Positions 29,641-38,731 of a DNA stretch of 64,000 nt are shown here, in pieces. The first letter of the stretch is position 1. Each line of letters begins with the position of its first letter. The position numbers and the translations under genes were made by a program. The DNA lies in the IMG/VR virus record IMGVR_UViG_3300028676_000003, positions 248,001-312,000 of that record; one strand, written 5' to 3'. Under the pieces are notes generated by a model, which had not been told where the DNA came from, ran no database searches, and saw only the letters and a list, made by a program, of their open reading frames with translations.

Positions 29641-29674
29641 AGAGTCTGACCATAAAACGTCAGACTTTTTTTTT
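29641..29674 (+). terminator. intrinsic terminator/attenuator of array 2
   Basis: AGTCTGAC-loop-GTCAGACT plus T-run. Leader segment GGTCAACT (29597-29604) can pair with the 5' arm. Confidence 0.8.
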
Positions 29675-29749
29675 GGAAAAAATGTTCTTTAAAATTTTGA
29701 AATTAAGAAAATAAGTATTACCTTTGTATCATCAAAAAATATAAGGATT

Positions 29750-30205
29750 ATGAAAAAGTTTTTACAATATTTAACGCTTAGGGATTTTAATGATGAATTT
29801 TTATTTCCATCACCAATTGGACATATTGTTTTTGTGATATTATTTGTAATATTCGTAGGAACATGTAGTCATAAAAGACAAAATGAAGAACCAAAGGTAA
29901 ACCATATCATAATGGAAGATGCTGTACAAGTTGGTGATTCAATCGAAGCTCCATGGGCTGAGAAAACAGATTCAACGGAAGTCGAGTTTAGTGTTCCAAA
30001 AGGAACATATTGGTCAAGCGAAGAAACAAAGTTACCAAGAGGTATTGTTAAAGTAACTGACCACGCTCATGGTAGTAATGGTAAAAGTGATAACAAAAGT
30101 GATAATTATGTTACTATAAAGGGAACCGATGGTCAGTTAACTATTGTTAGAGATGTTGAGATTGATTTATATTTGAATCTTCAAGTTGGAGATACAATTA
30201 AATAA
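29750..30205 (+). CDS. membrane-anchored hypothetical protein
   Basis: One hydrophobic helix; own promoter at about 29719. Confidence 0.6.
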   Translation: MKKFLQYLTLRDFNDEFLFPSPIGHIVFVILFVIFVGTCSHKRQNEEPKVNHIIMEDAVQVGDSIEAPWAEKTDSTEVEFSVPKGTYWSSEETKLPRGIVKVTDHAHGSNGKSDNKSDNYVTIKGTDGQLTIVRDVEIDLYLNLQVGDTIK

Positions 30206-30277
30206 AAAAAATATCAAAAAACATTAGGTTATTAAATTTAAAAGTTATACCTTTGTACTATCAAAATAACGAAAGAT

Positions 30278-30562
30278 ATGATAAGAATACTAGTAGAATT
30301 TGAGTTTATTCCTGAGCATACAGAAGAAGCTAAAAAGCTTATAAAAGAGTTAGCAATCAAATCAGCTCAAGAAAAAGGATGTGTGATGTATCATGCACTT
30401 GAAAGTCTTAATGATGAAAATTCAGTGATACTTTATGAAAGTTTCGCAGATAAAGAAGCACAAGACTTCCATAAAACGACAAGTCATTACAAGGAAATCT
30501 TGCAAGAGAAATTACCAAGCTTGATTAAAGAACGTAAGGTTCGTTTCTTGGAAATATTATAA
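30278..30562 (+). CDS. antibiotic biosynthesis monooxygenase (ABM/YgiN-like) protein
   Basis: S..E.GC..Y ... LYE.F.D.EA...H..T.HY. Confidence 0.85.
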   Translation: MIRILVEFEFIPEHTEEAKKLIKELAIKSAQEKGCVMYHALESLNDENSVILYESFADKEAQDFHKTTSHYKEILQEKLPSLIKERKVRFLEIL

Positions 30563-30567
30563 TAATT

Positions 30568-30640
30568 GGTACCTTAGCTCAGTTGGTAGAGCACCGCACT
30601 GAAGATGCGGGTGTCGCTGGTTCGAATCCAGCAGGTACCA
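30568..30640 (+). tRNA. tRNA-Phe(GAA)
   Basis: CCGCA-CTGAAGA-TGCGG. Confidence 0.9.
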
Positions 30641-30700
30641 CAAATGTGACTGAGTTTTTCTATGGCTCACAAAGGGATGCATCCCTACATAGAAGCAATT

Positions 30701-30773
30701 GGTACTGTAGCTCAATTGGTAGAGCACTCGTCTGAAGAGCGGGGTGTTGTGGGTTCGAGTCCCACTGGTACCA
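30701..30773 (+). tRNA. tRNA-Phe(GAA)
   Basis: CTCGT-CTGAAGA-GCGGG. Confidence 0.9.
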
Positions 30774-30836
30774 CAAACTCATTAATGCCGTTGATGGTGT
30801 GCTCAAGAGTATAAAAACCGCAGTAACCATCATTTT

Positions 30837-30909
30837 GGTCTATTCGTCTAGTCGGTCAGGACGTGCCCCTTTCACGGGTAAAACACGGGTTCGAATCCCG
30901 TATAGACTA
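30837..30909 (+). tRNA. tRNA-Glu(TTC)
   Basis: TGCCC-CTTTCAC-GGGTA. Confidence 0.9.
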
Positions 30910-30911
30910 CT

Positions 30912-31059
30912 GGGAATGTACGTTCAGCGGTCCGATTGGCTCTTAGGAGATGGTTTAAAACAATTGGGAAGTGTGTCAAGAAATTGATTGGGTAAAAACA
31001 CTATCAGAACGACTCCCGTGAAGGGGAGAAAGTCGCAGGTTCGAATCCTGTCGTTCCTA
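30912..31059 (+). ncRNA. tRNA-like RNA with an ~80-nt D-loop and a 6-nt anticodon loop
   Basis: GGGAATG/CGTTCCT acceptor, CGTTC/GAACG D stem, CTCCC-GTGAAG-GGGAG, T arm TTCGAAT. Confidence 0.6.
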
Positions 31060-31129
31060 CTATGAAGTACCTACGGCAATAGGTATAACAGAGCCAACGA
31101 ATTTGAATTGCCGTTTGAAGGTGTTGGTA

Positions 31130-31200
31130 GAAGCGTTCGTCTAGTGGACCAGGACACAGCCAATGGGGCTGAAACACAGGTTCGAGTCCTGTACGCTTTG
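31130..31200 (+). ncRNA. Glu-type tRNA body with a 5-nt anticodon loop
   Basis: GAAGCGT/ACGCTTT, D arm GTCTAGTGGACCAGGAC, CAGCC-AATGG-GGCTG. Confidence 0.65.
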
Positions 31201-31290
31201 CAATTAAGAGCACGTGGAAGTACGATAGCCCCCACAGTATAGAAAAAAACTAAGGTATCGTTGACTTCATGGTGGAAAGAAACCATATTT

Positions 31291-31362
31291 GGTCCTATCG
31301 TCTAGGGGTCAGGACACTAGGTTTTCAGCCTATAAACGAGGGTTCGATTCCCTCTAGGACTA
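31291..31362 (+). tRNA. tRNA-Glu(TTC)
   Basis: CTAGG-TTTTCAG-CCTAT. Confidence 0.85.
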
Positions 31363-31364
31363 CA

Positions 31365-31420
31365 AGAGACTGTTACTAATTTATAGGACTCCGAGTGAGG
31401 GGAAGCGTAGAATTAGAATT
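31365..31420 (+). repeat. inter-tRNA motif, copy 1 (AGACTGTT..TAATTYATAG...GCGTAGAATTA)
   Basis: Further copies at 52482-52545 and 52826-52881. Confidence 0.75.
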
Positions 31421-31423
31421 TTT

Positions 31424-31496
31424 GGAGCAGAGGTGTTGATGGTAACATACTCCCCTGTCACGGGATAGATTGAGGGTTCGACTCCCTTGTGCTCCG
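31424..31496 (+). tRNA. tRNA-Asp(GTC)
   Basis: CTCCC-CTGTCAC-GGGAT. Confidence 0.85.
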
Positions 31497-31652
31497 CAAG
31501 TCTATTAGGGTCGGCTGGAGACAAAGAGACTAAAATCATAAGGGTTCTAGTAGGGGTTGTGAACCGTATAATGACACATGACGTTGGGAAGTATAGCCAA
31601 AATGACACTCGGAAAGACGAAGGTTTGATGTTGAACCATATCAACATAATTC

Positions 31653-31725
31653 GGATGTGAGGTCAAATGGTTAAGATATCACCCTGTCACGGTGTTTGGA
31701 GCGGGTTCGAATCCCGTCACATCCG
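31653..31725 (+). tRNA. tRNA-Asp(GTC)
   Basis: Loop CTGTCAC, acceptor GGATGTG/CACATCC. Confidence 0.85.
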
Positions 31726-31731
31726 CAAATT

Positions 31732-31862
31732 GGAAATGTTACCCCAAAGCATGAGATTAATCAGAATGCGAGTCTATCAATGATAACGAAACCTTGATAG
31801 ATTTAGGAATAAGGGTACCTCTAATGGGATTTCGTTTGCAGGTTCGAGTCCTGCCATTTCCG
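31732..31862 (+). ncRNA. tRNA-like RNA with an expanded interior
   Basis: Perfect acceptor GGAAATG/CATTTCC and T arm GCAGG-TTCGAGT-CCTGC, with about 100 nt between and no clean anticodon arm. Confidence 0.55.
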
Positions 31863-31944
31863 CAATAATGTAACAAAAAAAATTGAGTTATGAAAACAAT
31901 GCGTAAATTCAGTCTCTTCTAAGGTCAAATCCTTACAAGAGAAA

Positions 31945-32646
31945 ATGAGTAAAAACACAAAAAAAGAAAGTTATAAGCCTTTTATTAAGCTTATTAACGA
32001 AAGAGCTAAAATTTGGAAGCTTATCGATGATTTAGGTTACATCGAGTTAGAAGAACCTATTCATCACGGTTACGATTCGTTTTTCGTATTAAGAGACGAT
32101 ATTTCAAGAAGAAAAGATGCTCCTTTATTAGAAGATTTGTTAAAGAATTATACTAGTGTTGCATGGTGTAGAAATAAAGACTTCATTGTCAAAAGAAGAG
32201 GTAAGAAAGAAAAAATTGAACCTAGTCTTGTTCACGTAAGTGTAGCGGCATATTTGTTATTTTCACCAAAGAAACAAGAGTTCTTTACCAAGCACTTCAT
32301 TAGAGGTTGGCATAGTGTTCGAGAAGTATATTGTCTTAATTTACCAAGACACTATTACGTAATCAAAAAGAAAAAAAGTTACATTACACATAGAAAGGTA
32401 ATGGATGCTCAATTGCAAAGTGACTTGGACTTGGTTTATGACCAAATCAACGAAATCACAGAAGTTTCAAACCCTTATAACAATCCTTGTGGTTGGGATG
32501 TAAGATTTTGGAACAAGGCTTCAAGAAGAAAAGATAATGTTATAACTAGCAATATCAAAAACCACTTCGATGGAGAACTTGATAGTGATTTATTAGAATA
32601 TGGTCTTTCTGAGAAAGCAAGACATGGAGCAAATTGGTATCGATAA
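31945..32646 (+). CDS. basic hypothetical protein
   Basis: 233-aa K/R-rich ORF. Confidence 0.65.
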   Translation: MSKNTKKESYKPFIKLINERAKIWKLIDDLGYIELEEPIHHGYDSFFVLRDDISRRKDAPLLEDLLKNYTSVAWCRNKDFIVKRRGKKEKIEPSLVHVSVAAYLLFSPKKQEFFTKHFIRGWHSVREVYCLNLPRHYYVIKKKKSYITHRKVMDAQLQSDLDLVYDQINEITEVSNPYNNPCGWDVRFWNKASRRKDNVITSNIKNHFDGELDSDLLEYGLSEKARHGANWYR

Positions 32647-32863
32647 AATACAGAAATGGTTAACGATGTGACCTCTATTTATAAGTCATGTTGTTGCCAT
32701 ATGTAACAAAATTTAGATAATAACTCGGAGACGAGCATGCGAAAGGTACCCACAGAGGGTCTAAGTCCGATTGATACGATACATAAGAACAGTTTCATAG
32801 GTTCCCAGCTGAATAAGGTAAGAGGGTATAAAATCATATCGTTCAAAATCTAAATTTTTTAAT

Positions 32864-32935
32864 GGCCCGTTCGTCTAGGGGTTAGGACGACTGGTTTTCG
32901 ACCAGTAAACAGGGGTTCGATTCCCCTACGGGCTG
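32864..32935 (+). tRNA. tRNA-Glu(TTC)
   Basis: ACTGG-TTTTCGA-CCAGT. Confidence 0.9.
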
Positions 32936-33034
32936 CAATAATTGGTTGACGAAAATACTCTTGCTGGAACAAGGGTAGAAGTAGTTGGATATTATATATT
33001 TGAAGCAAGGATTCCAGTCTGAGCGGAGAGTATC

Positions 33035-33105
33035 TTGGTACTAGTTTAATTGGAAAAAACGGGTGCGCTGAGCATTTAATATGGGTTCGAGTCCCATGTA
33101 TCGAA
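33035..33105 (+). ncRNA. tRNA-like RNA with a 5-nt anticodon loop
   Basis: TTGGTAC/GTATCGA, D stem GTTT/AAAC, GGTGC-GCTGA-GCATT, T arm ATGGG-TTCGAGT-CCCAT. Confidence 0.6.
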
Positions 33106-33334
33106 CTAATTTCAACTGAAGATAAATGTAAGTATCGTGCTTAATAACCACGGAAACCTTGGTGAGGGGTCCATAGTCATCACTTATATCATTGCTAAGA
33201 ATGAGTATTTATTGTAAGATATTTAAAACATCATTTATTCGGCCAATGTGGTTGATTTATAAGTGATTAAATAGGGTGTAGAGACGTTTGATGCTCTACT
33301 AGGTATTCCACTTAGAAATGGATTGAAATTTTAA

Positions 33335-33408
33335 GGGGTCTTAGCTCAGCTGGCTAGAGCATCTGCCTTGCACGTAGAAGGTCGTGGGTTCGACTCCCAC
33401 AGGCTCCA
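33335..33408 (+). tRNA. tRNA-Ala(TGC)
   Basis: TCTGC-CTTGCAC-GTAGA, G3:U70. Confidence 0.9.
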
Positions 33409-33533
33409 CAAAGTTAACAAATACAAAAGTTCCCGAACGGTAGTAGGGCTTAGGTGAAGCGGAGTTCGAAACTCCAAATGAATCTGTTCGACTCAGGCTC
33501 GTGCTTGGTGTGCAAGAAACTAAGTTTGTTAAT

Positions 33534-33618
33534 GGGAGTGTAGCTCAGTTGGTAGAGCAGGATGTATAGGAATGCATACTTTAAATCTGTGTCAATGGTT
33601 CGATTCCATTCACTCTTA
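33534..33618 (+). ncRNA. tRNA-like RNA with an enlarged anticodon arm
   Basis: Canonical D arm (AGCTCAGTTGGTAGAGC) and T arm; about 20 nt in the anticodon-loop position. Confidence 0.6.
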
Positions 33619-33627
33619 CAAAATATT

Positions 33628-33700
33628 GGGGAAGTAGCTCAACTGGCTGAGCGTTACCTTTGCAAGGTAAAGGATGCGGGTTCGAATCCCGTCTTCTCCA
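33628..33700 (+). tRNA. tRNA-Ala(TGC)
   Basis: TTACC-TTTGCAA-GGTAA, G3:U70. Confidence 0.9.
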
Positions 33701-34104
33701 CTAAAAGTTTTAAAGATGGCAAAAACCGTTATAGATAAAGCGAAAGAGCTTATCGAAGAAGTAGGAAAAGAAAAAGCAATTGAGTATTTTCAGAAAAGAA
33801 TCAGTGATATCGGAGAACCTAAATCATTTGAGGATATTTGTATGATAACGGGTAACAAAACGGCCATAGCCTATATTAATGGCGAAATTAAATCAAAAAA
33901 GAAATAAAATGTTAGGAGTAGTAATTGAAGTTGTTGAAGGACCATTGAAACATACTAATGGTTATTCTGTTAAGGTTAAGGCAATGAATCCTGATGGAAA
34001 GGTATTTGATTACCAATTCATTAAGAATCATAAAGCTGATGCAGAGATTATAATTCCTGGTTGGAGTTGGGAAATGAAGTTTAAACGTAAAAATTGGATA
34101 TAAG

Positions 34105-34902
34105 ATGAGAACAAGAGTAGCACCGTCACCAACTGGAATTTTCCATTTGGGAACACTTAGAACAGCATTATTAAACTATTTACTGGCTAAGGCAAACGGT
34201 GGTGATTTCATTCTCCGTATTGATGATACCGATGTAGTTAGAAATGATGATAAATACATAGATTATATCTATGACCAAATGAAACACTTTGGCCTTAATC
34301 ATGACCTAACGTTTAAACAGTCAGATAGACTAGCACGATATGCAGAAGTTGCCAATAAGATTGGTTTTGCTTCACCTGATGGAATAAAGTTGAATATGGG
34401 TGACTATGATATGGTTATTCTTAGAACAAATGGATATCCAACATATAACTTTGCAAGTATTCTTGATGATTATGACTACGATATCACTGATTTTGTCAGA
34501 GGTGTAGACCACATCAACAATCTAGATAAACAAAAACATATTTGGGACTTGATTGCAAGTGTTTATGGTGATAAGCCTTTTCCAAATGTAATTCATGCTG
34601 GATTGTTATTTGATGGGAAGAGTAAGTTATCGAAAAGAAGCGGAAACGGAACGACAGCTGACTATGTTGACTTTGATAAGGATGCATTATTAAATTGGTT
34701 GTTTAAGATGGGTTGGTCTCATAAGGACCCGAATTTCGATAGAGATTTTCCTTTTTTACTGATGATTCAAATGATTGCTTTCTTTAATGATGGTAATATC
34801 ACGAAATCTAACTGTAAGATTGATAGACCAAAGCTTGATTTTTTGAATAAAAAACATAAAAACTTTAAGAAATTCAAAGAAAGTTTTGGTGAATTCAAAT
34901 AA
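34105..34902 (+). CDS. glutamyl-tRNA-synthetase-family catalytic domain only (GluRS/GluQ-like)
   Basis: RTRVAPSPTG.FHLGTLR, LRIDDTD, PTYNFA..DD..ITD.VRG.DH, KLSKR. 265 aa with no anticodon-binding domain. Confidence 0.85.
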   Translation: MRTRVAPSPTGIFHLGTLRTALLNYLLAKANGGDFILRIDDTDVVRNDDKYIDYIYDQMKHFGLNHDLTFKQSDRLARYAEVANKIGFASPDGIKLNMGDYDMVILRTNGYPTYNFASILDDYDYDITDFVRGVDHINNLDKQKHIWDLIASVYGDKPFPNVIHAGLLFDGKSKLSKRSGNGTTADYVDFDKDALLNWLFKMGWSHKDPNFDRDFPFLLMIQMIAFFNDGNITKSNCKIDRPKLDFLNKKHKNFKKFKESFGEFK

Positions 34903-34941
34903 AAGTTATACCTTTGTCCTCTAATCTTAAAACATAAGAAA

Positions 34942-35472
34942 ATGGCAAAAGTTGAAATAAATGCAGTTTTTTACGATTCTCCTGAAGGAGCATATGTATA
35001 TTGTGTCTTAGACCCAAGTATTGATGGTGAAGAATATGTTAAAAATTTAAATGAAAGAGCCGCTGAATATAATAAAGATGTTGAAAAATATCAAGAATTG
35101 ATTCAAGAGCTAAAAACCAAACATAAATGGTTTGCTTCATTTAAAGAAGTTACTGGTGCGGATATGTTAAATGCTCGTGAACCAAAATTTCCAGCCAATA
35201 TGCCAAAAGGTGTAAAGAATGCTGAAGAAGCATATCCTGAAATTGCCCTTGAAAGACAAAGAAGACGTGAAATAAATGCTGTAAATATTGAAATTAACAA
35301 TAAATACGGTAATGAAGTTAGGGAAAAAGTTGAACTAGAATCGAAAGATTTAAAGGATGAAATTAAATCAAAATGGGGTGAATTTACTGGCTTTGATAGT
35401 CATTTTCATTCATTTGAAAAGATTTACTATAAATTCTTTTTATCACCATGTGATTATATAACAAAAGACTAA
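34942..35472 (+). CDS. hypothetical protein
   Basis: ORF after promoter at 34909. Confidence 0.6.
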   Translation: MAKVEINAVFYDSPEGAYVYCVLDPSIDGEEYVKNLNERAAEYNKDVEKYQELIQELKTKHKWFASFKEVTGADMLNAREPKFPANMPKGVKNAEEAYPEIALERQRRREINAVNIEINNKYGNEVREKVELESKDLKDEIKSKWGEFTGFDSHFHSFEKIYYKFFLSPCDYITKD

Positions 35473-35976
35473 TGAGATGTAGTATTCGTAGGTTAATCGG
35501 ACTTAATTTCATGTCAGAATCAATTGACATGAAAAATAAGAAGAAGTTACAAAGACAATTTAAGATTCTTTTTGAGCATACAGGGTTATTAGACCCAAAT
35601 ACAAAGCTTACAAAAGAAGAAGATAAAGCAACTGGAGCAATCCTAAAGATACTCATTCAAATGGGTCATACTAATTGGTATGCAAAGTTTGATGTGTTGG
35701 TATTGTATGAGACTCTTGTACAATTTCTAAAAGACATTTGGACAGACAAAAAAATAATAAATAAGGATGGTGTAGAAGAAGACTTGAACGATAAAGCTGT
35801 TTTAGCTTTTATTAGCATCCATTTTAAAGGAATAAAAAGACAATGAAAAATTTACAATTAGGGGGTGACGGCTTGGGAGCCATCTAACCAAACAACAACG
35901 TATTGATTTACGAAAACAAGAAATCGGAAGTAAGCATGACAGAAAGCTTACCAAATACTCAGACAGTTTTAACGAA

Positions 35977-36357
35977 ATGTTTACCTTTTTCCTACAATCA
36001 TATAGGAAAGGACTCTTGACCTTTTGTGGGTCCATTGTCAAGGTAGAATTCGATATCAACTCAACAGAAGCTAAGAACACCTTTAGGAAATTCGACAACG
36101 GAGACTATAAGATGAAAGATATTGTTTCAAAGCATCCTAATATGGTCAAGGCTGTAATCATAGGTAAAAAAGCTTGGGGACTTTGGGTAGGCCAATGGAC
36201 TGATGGTATAGTTGAAGGAACCTTCACACCGATGGAAATACTTCAAGAATTTGAGGATAAGGGTATTGTGATACCTAAGCCTTTATTGAATGAATTTAAC
36301 AAGATGATTGTAAAAAAATTCAAAAAAAAGTACCCCGAAAGTTTTGTTATTAAATAA
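35977..36357 (+). CDS. hypothetical protein (frame open from about 35869; true start uncertain)
   Basis: A protein-like open frame extends upstream of the ATG. Confidence 0.5.
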   Translation: MFTFFLQSYRKGLLTFCGSIVKVEFDINSTEAKNTFRKFDNGDYKMKDIVSKHPNMVKAVIIGKKAWGLWVGQWTDGIVEGTFTPMEILQEFEDKGIVIPKPLLNEFNKMIVKKFKKKYPESFVIK

Positions 36358-36847
36358 ATTAGTTGTACCTTTGTAATGTAATAAAAATTAAACTATGAGA
36401 AATTTAAAAAAGCGATTTTTTCAATATTTGGCCGATTATATAATCGAGAGGTTACGATTCGAGTTGAATAGTCAATTCTATAATGAGAAGGTTTTTTACT
36501 TCTATTTAGAAATGGGAATATGTTTAGATTTTTATTGTACGGAGTATTTTAACGTAGAATTAGACTAAAAAAAAAATAAGTTTTAGTTGCAAGTTAAAAA
36601 AACGTTTCGTACCTTTGTTAAAGAAAAAGAAATTAGGTTAGGTTAGGTTAATAAATTTTGGTTTTTGGTTTTGAATTGCGTTTGTCACAAGTAAATGTTA
36701 ATTGATTTCGGTAAGATTAGCATTCGTCATGCTTGTGACGTTTTTAGATTGAATTAGGTTAAACTCGTTAGTTCTATTAGGGCCTGTCGTCATGGCAGAT
36801 AATCATAGGGAATTACGTCAGAACGTCCTACAGACGTAACTAACACT

Positions 36848-36919
36848 GGAGATGTAGCTCAGTTGGTAGAGCGGCCCCTCAAACGGGGTGTGTCGCAGGT
36901 TCGAACCCTGCCGTCTCCA
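36848..36919 (+). ncRNA. tRNA with a 6-nt anticodon loop
   Basis: Canonical body, GCCCC-TCAAAC-GGGGT. Confidence 0.7.
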
Positions 36920-37077
36920 CTTCTTCGATGAAAGGTGGTGCCTTCCTTTAAATCTCGGCATAGATTTTTGTTAGTTCAGCCTAGGTTCCAAGACCAAAAA
37001 ATGAATTGGTGTTTATTACTTTAAACCAAGTTAAAGAAAAGTATTCGGGTAACAACTTGGAAATTGTTACTCATCAG

Positions 37078-37150
37078 GGTGGGATAGCTCAGTTGGTAGA
37101 GCACTAGCCTGAAGAGCTAGGTGTCGTTGGTTCGAATCCAACTCTCACCA
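37078..37150 (+). tRNA. tRNA-Phe(GAA)
   Basis: CTAGC-CTGAAGA-GCTAG. Confidence 0.9.
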
Positions 37151-37463
37151 CATGGTTAAAATATATCAGGACCTAGGAAGCCTTATATGTGGATACCTTG
37201 AGTGGTTCACTACTCCCAATGTGAAGTTGGTGTCGTACTTTAACCGACACGGGTTTATGTCTTTTTAACCCTGTCTTCCAAGAGAAAAACAAAAGATTGG
37301 TTACATGACATGACCAAGAAGCGTTCAAAAAATGTCATCGAGTAGTAACTTGGAATTACTACTCAATTTTCGGGAATGACGTTAGGGCTAACAGGTTGCA
37401 AGACTGAATACTAGTAGTTGAGGAGTTCGACTCTCCTCTTCCCGTCAAAAATTAAAATTAAGT

Positions 37464-37637
37464 ATGGCAACGATTGCAAAAAAGTCTAGACAAGCTAGAG
37501 CGTTAAATGTTCTTGAACAACAACTGAAAAATGGTGTAAAAACCCAAAAGAAAACAACAAACACAAAGATTCCTTTGACTGACGCTGATGTTAAGCGTAT
37601 CAACAAAGAAATCGAAGTTCTAAAAACACGAGTGTAA
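37464..37637 (+). CDS. small basic protein (57 aa)
   Basis: MATIAKKSRQARALNVLEQQLK...; below the ORF track cut-off. Confidence 0.55.
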   Translation: MATIAKKSRQARALNVLEQQLKNGVKTQKKTTNTKIPLTDADVKRINKEIEVLKTRV

Positions 37638-37643
37638 TAACAC

Positions 37644-37688
37644 GTTGCTTTGTCAGCCCACGTATAGGTTCAAGTCCTGTAAGCAACA
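37644..37688 (+). ncRNA. tRNA minihelix (acceptor stem + T arm only)
   Basis: GTTGCTT/AAGCAAC-A with ATAGG-TTCAAGT-CCTGT, joined by 13 nt. Confidence 0.55.
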
Positions 37689-37893
37689 CTAGGAAGATGG
37701 ATATTTCATCCTTCTAATACACTGGGTATTAGAGCATTAAAAAGTTCGTTAATTTATTGGGAATCAAGAAGTTACAAACAAAAATAAATGAAAATAATTC
37801 GTTTATTCACTTGACTTTTGATGTTAATTATAGTATCTTTGTATTATAAATTAGTATAATATAATAACATAAATAAACACACAAAAAGAAAGA

Positions 37894-38529
37894 ATGGCAG
37901 TAACAAAACCAACAGCGAAAAAAGGAAGCGTAGCTACAGAGCAAATCGTAGGGCAAGCGGCTCAACAAATCACTAAAGCAGTAGCAGAATTAGCAGGAGC
38001 TACAAAAACTATCGAAACACTTGTTTCTCAATCTGAGGAATTAACACTTTTGGTAGCTAACAAAGAAGAACAAATTAAAGATTTAGATGTTCAATTCGCA
38101 GAAAAAGAGCGTCAATTAAACGTTAACTTGGATTTAAGTTTCAAAGCTAACGCTGAGAAAATGGTAAGCGAAAATTTATCTGCAAATGGTAAAGTAGCTA
38201 TCTCTTCTACAGAATTGAAAGAATTACGTTCTGAGTTAGAAACTGTAAAATCAGGTACAGAAGCATTAGTGAAAAAAGAGACTGCAATCATTGCGTCTAC
38301 GTTGAAATCTCAACACGAGAATGAAATCAAATTGATTCACTCTGAAAACAAAGCTATTGCCGCTGAAAACGCTGCTAAGTTAGGTTCGTTAACAAAACAA
38401 AACGAGTTCTTAGAAGAGCAAGTAACTAAATTGTACTTACAATTAGACGCTGAAAGAGCGGCTGGTACAGAAAGAGCAAAAGCTGGTTCAATCGGGAACA
38501 TCACTGTTGGAGAAACAGGTCGTAAGTAA
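37894..38529 (+). CDS. coiled-coil hypothetical protein
   Basis: A/E/K/L-rich helical protein; promoter at 37833. Confidence 0.7.
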   Translation: MAVTKPTAKKGSVATEQIVGQAAQQITKAVAELAGATKTIETLVSQSEELTLLVANKEEQIKDLDVQFAEKERQLNVNLDLSFKANAEKMVSENLSANGKVAISSTELKELRSELETVKSGTEALVKKETAIIASTLKSQHENEIKLIHSENKAIAAENAAKLGSLTKQNEFLEEQVTKLYLQLDAERAAGTERAKAGSIGNITVGETGRK

Positions 38530-38589
38530 TCGTTGACAAAAAGAAAGGTCGTCTAAATCGTAATTGGTTTAGACACCACAAGGTATAAA

Positions 38590-38722
38590 AAAATTCGTTC
38601 AGCATAAAAAGCAATTCCAAACTTCGGGTCGTAGGTTCGAGTCCTACCCTCTCCACTAGGGTTATAATCGGAGAGGTAGCTCGGTCGGATTAGAGCAGAA
38701 GTCAGCAAAAAAAGCAATTTTG
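38590..38722 (+). ncRNA. circularly permuted tRNA (3' half precedes 5' half) flanked by 18-nt direct repeats
   Basis: 3' half ACTTC-GGGTC-GTAGG-TTCGAGT-CCTAC-CCTCTCC-A (38621-38655), 14-nt linker, 5' half GGAGAGG-TA-GCTC...GAGC-A-GAAGT (38670-38702). Confidence 0.75.
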
Positions 38723-38731
38723 ATACCCCAT

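Noticed and set aside
30799-31647. Track ORFs overlapping tRNA arrays (also 21508-21905, 38553-39313, 52545-53367)
   Set aside because: They are shadows of tRNA genes, including their reverse complements.
31810-31830. Amber suppressor loop (CTCTAAT) in the tRNA-like RNA at 31732
   Set aside because: The stem is only about 2 bp, and TAG acts as a normal stop in several ORFs, so there is no sign of recoding.
35843-35977. Programmed frameshift joining ATG 35843 to ORF 35977
   Set aside because: The G-run is not a canonical slippery heptamer and cannot be told apart from an indel or a lost start.
37371-37445. Functional tRNA-Cys/Sec
   Set aside because: Acceptor and T arms are present, but the D and anticodon arms are too degenerate to assign; treated as a remnant.
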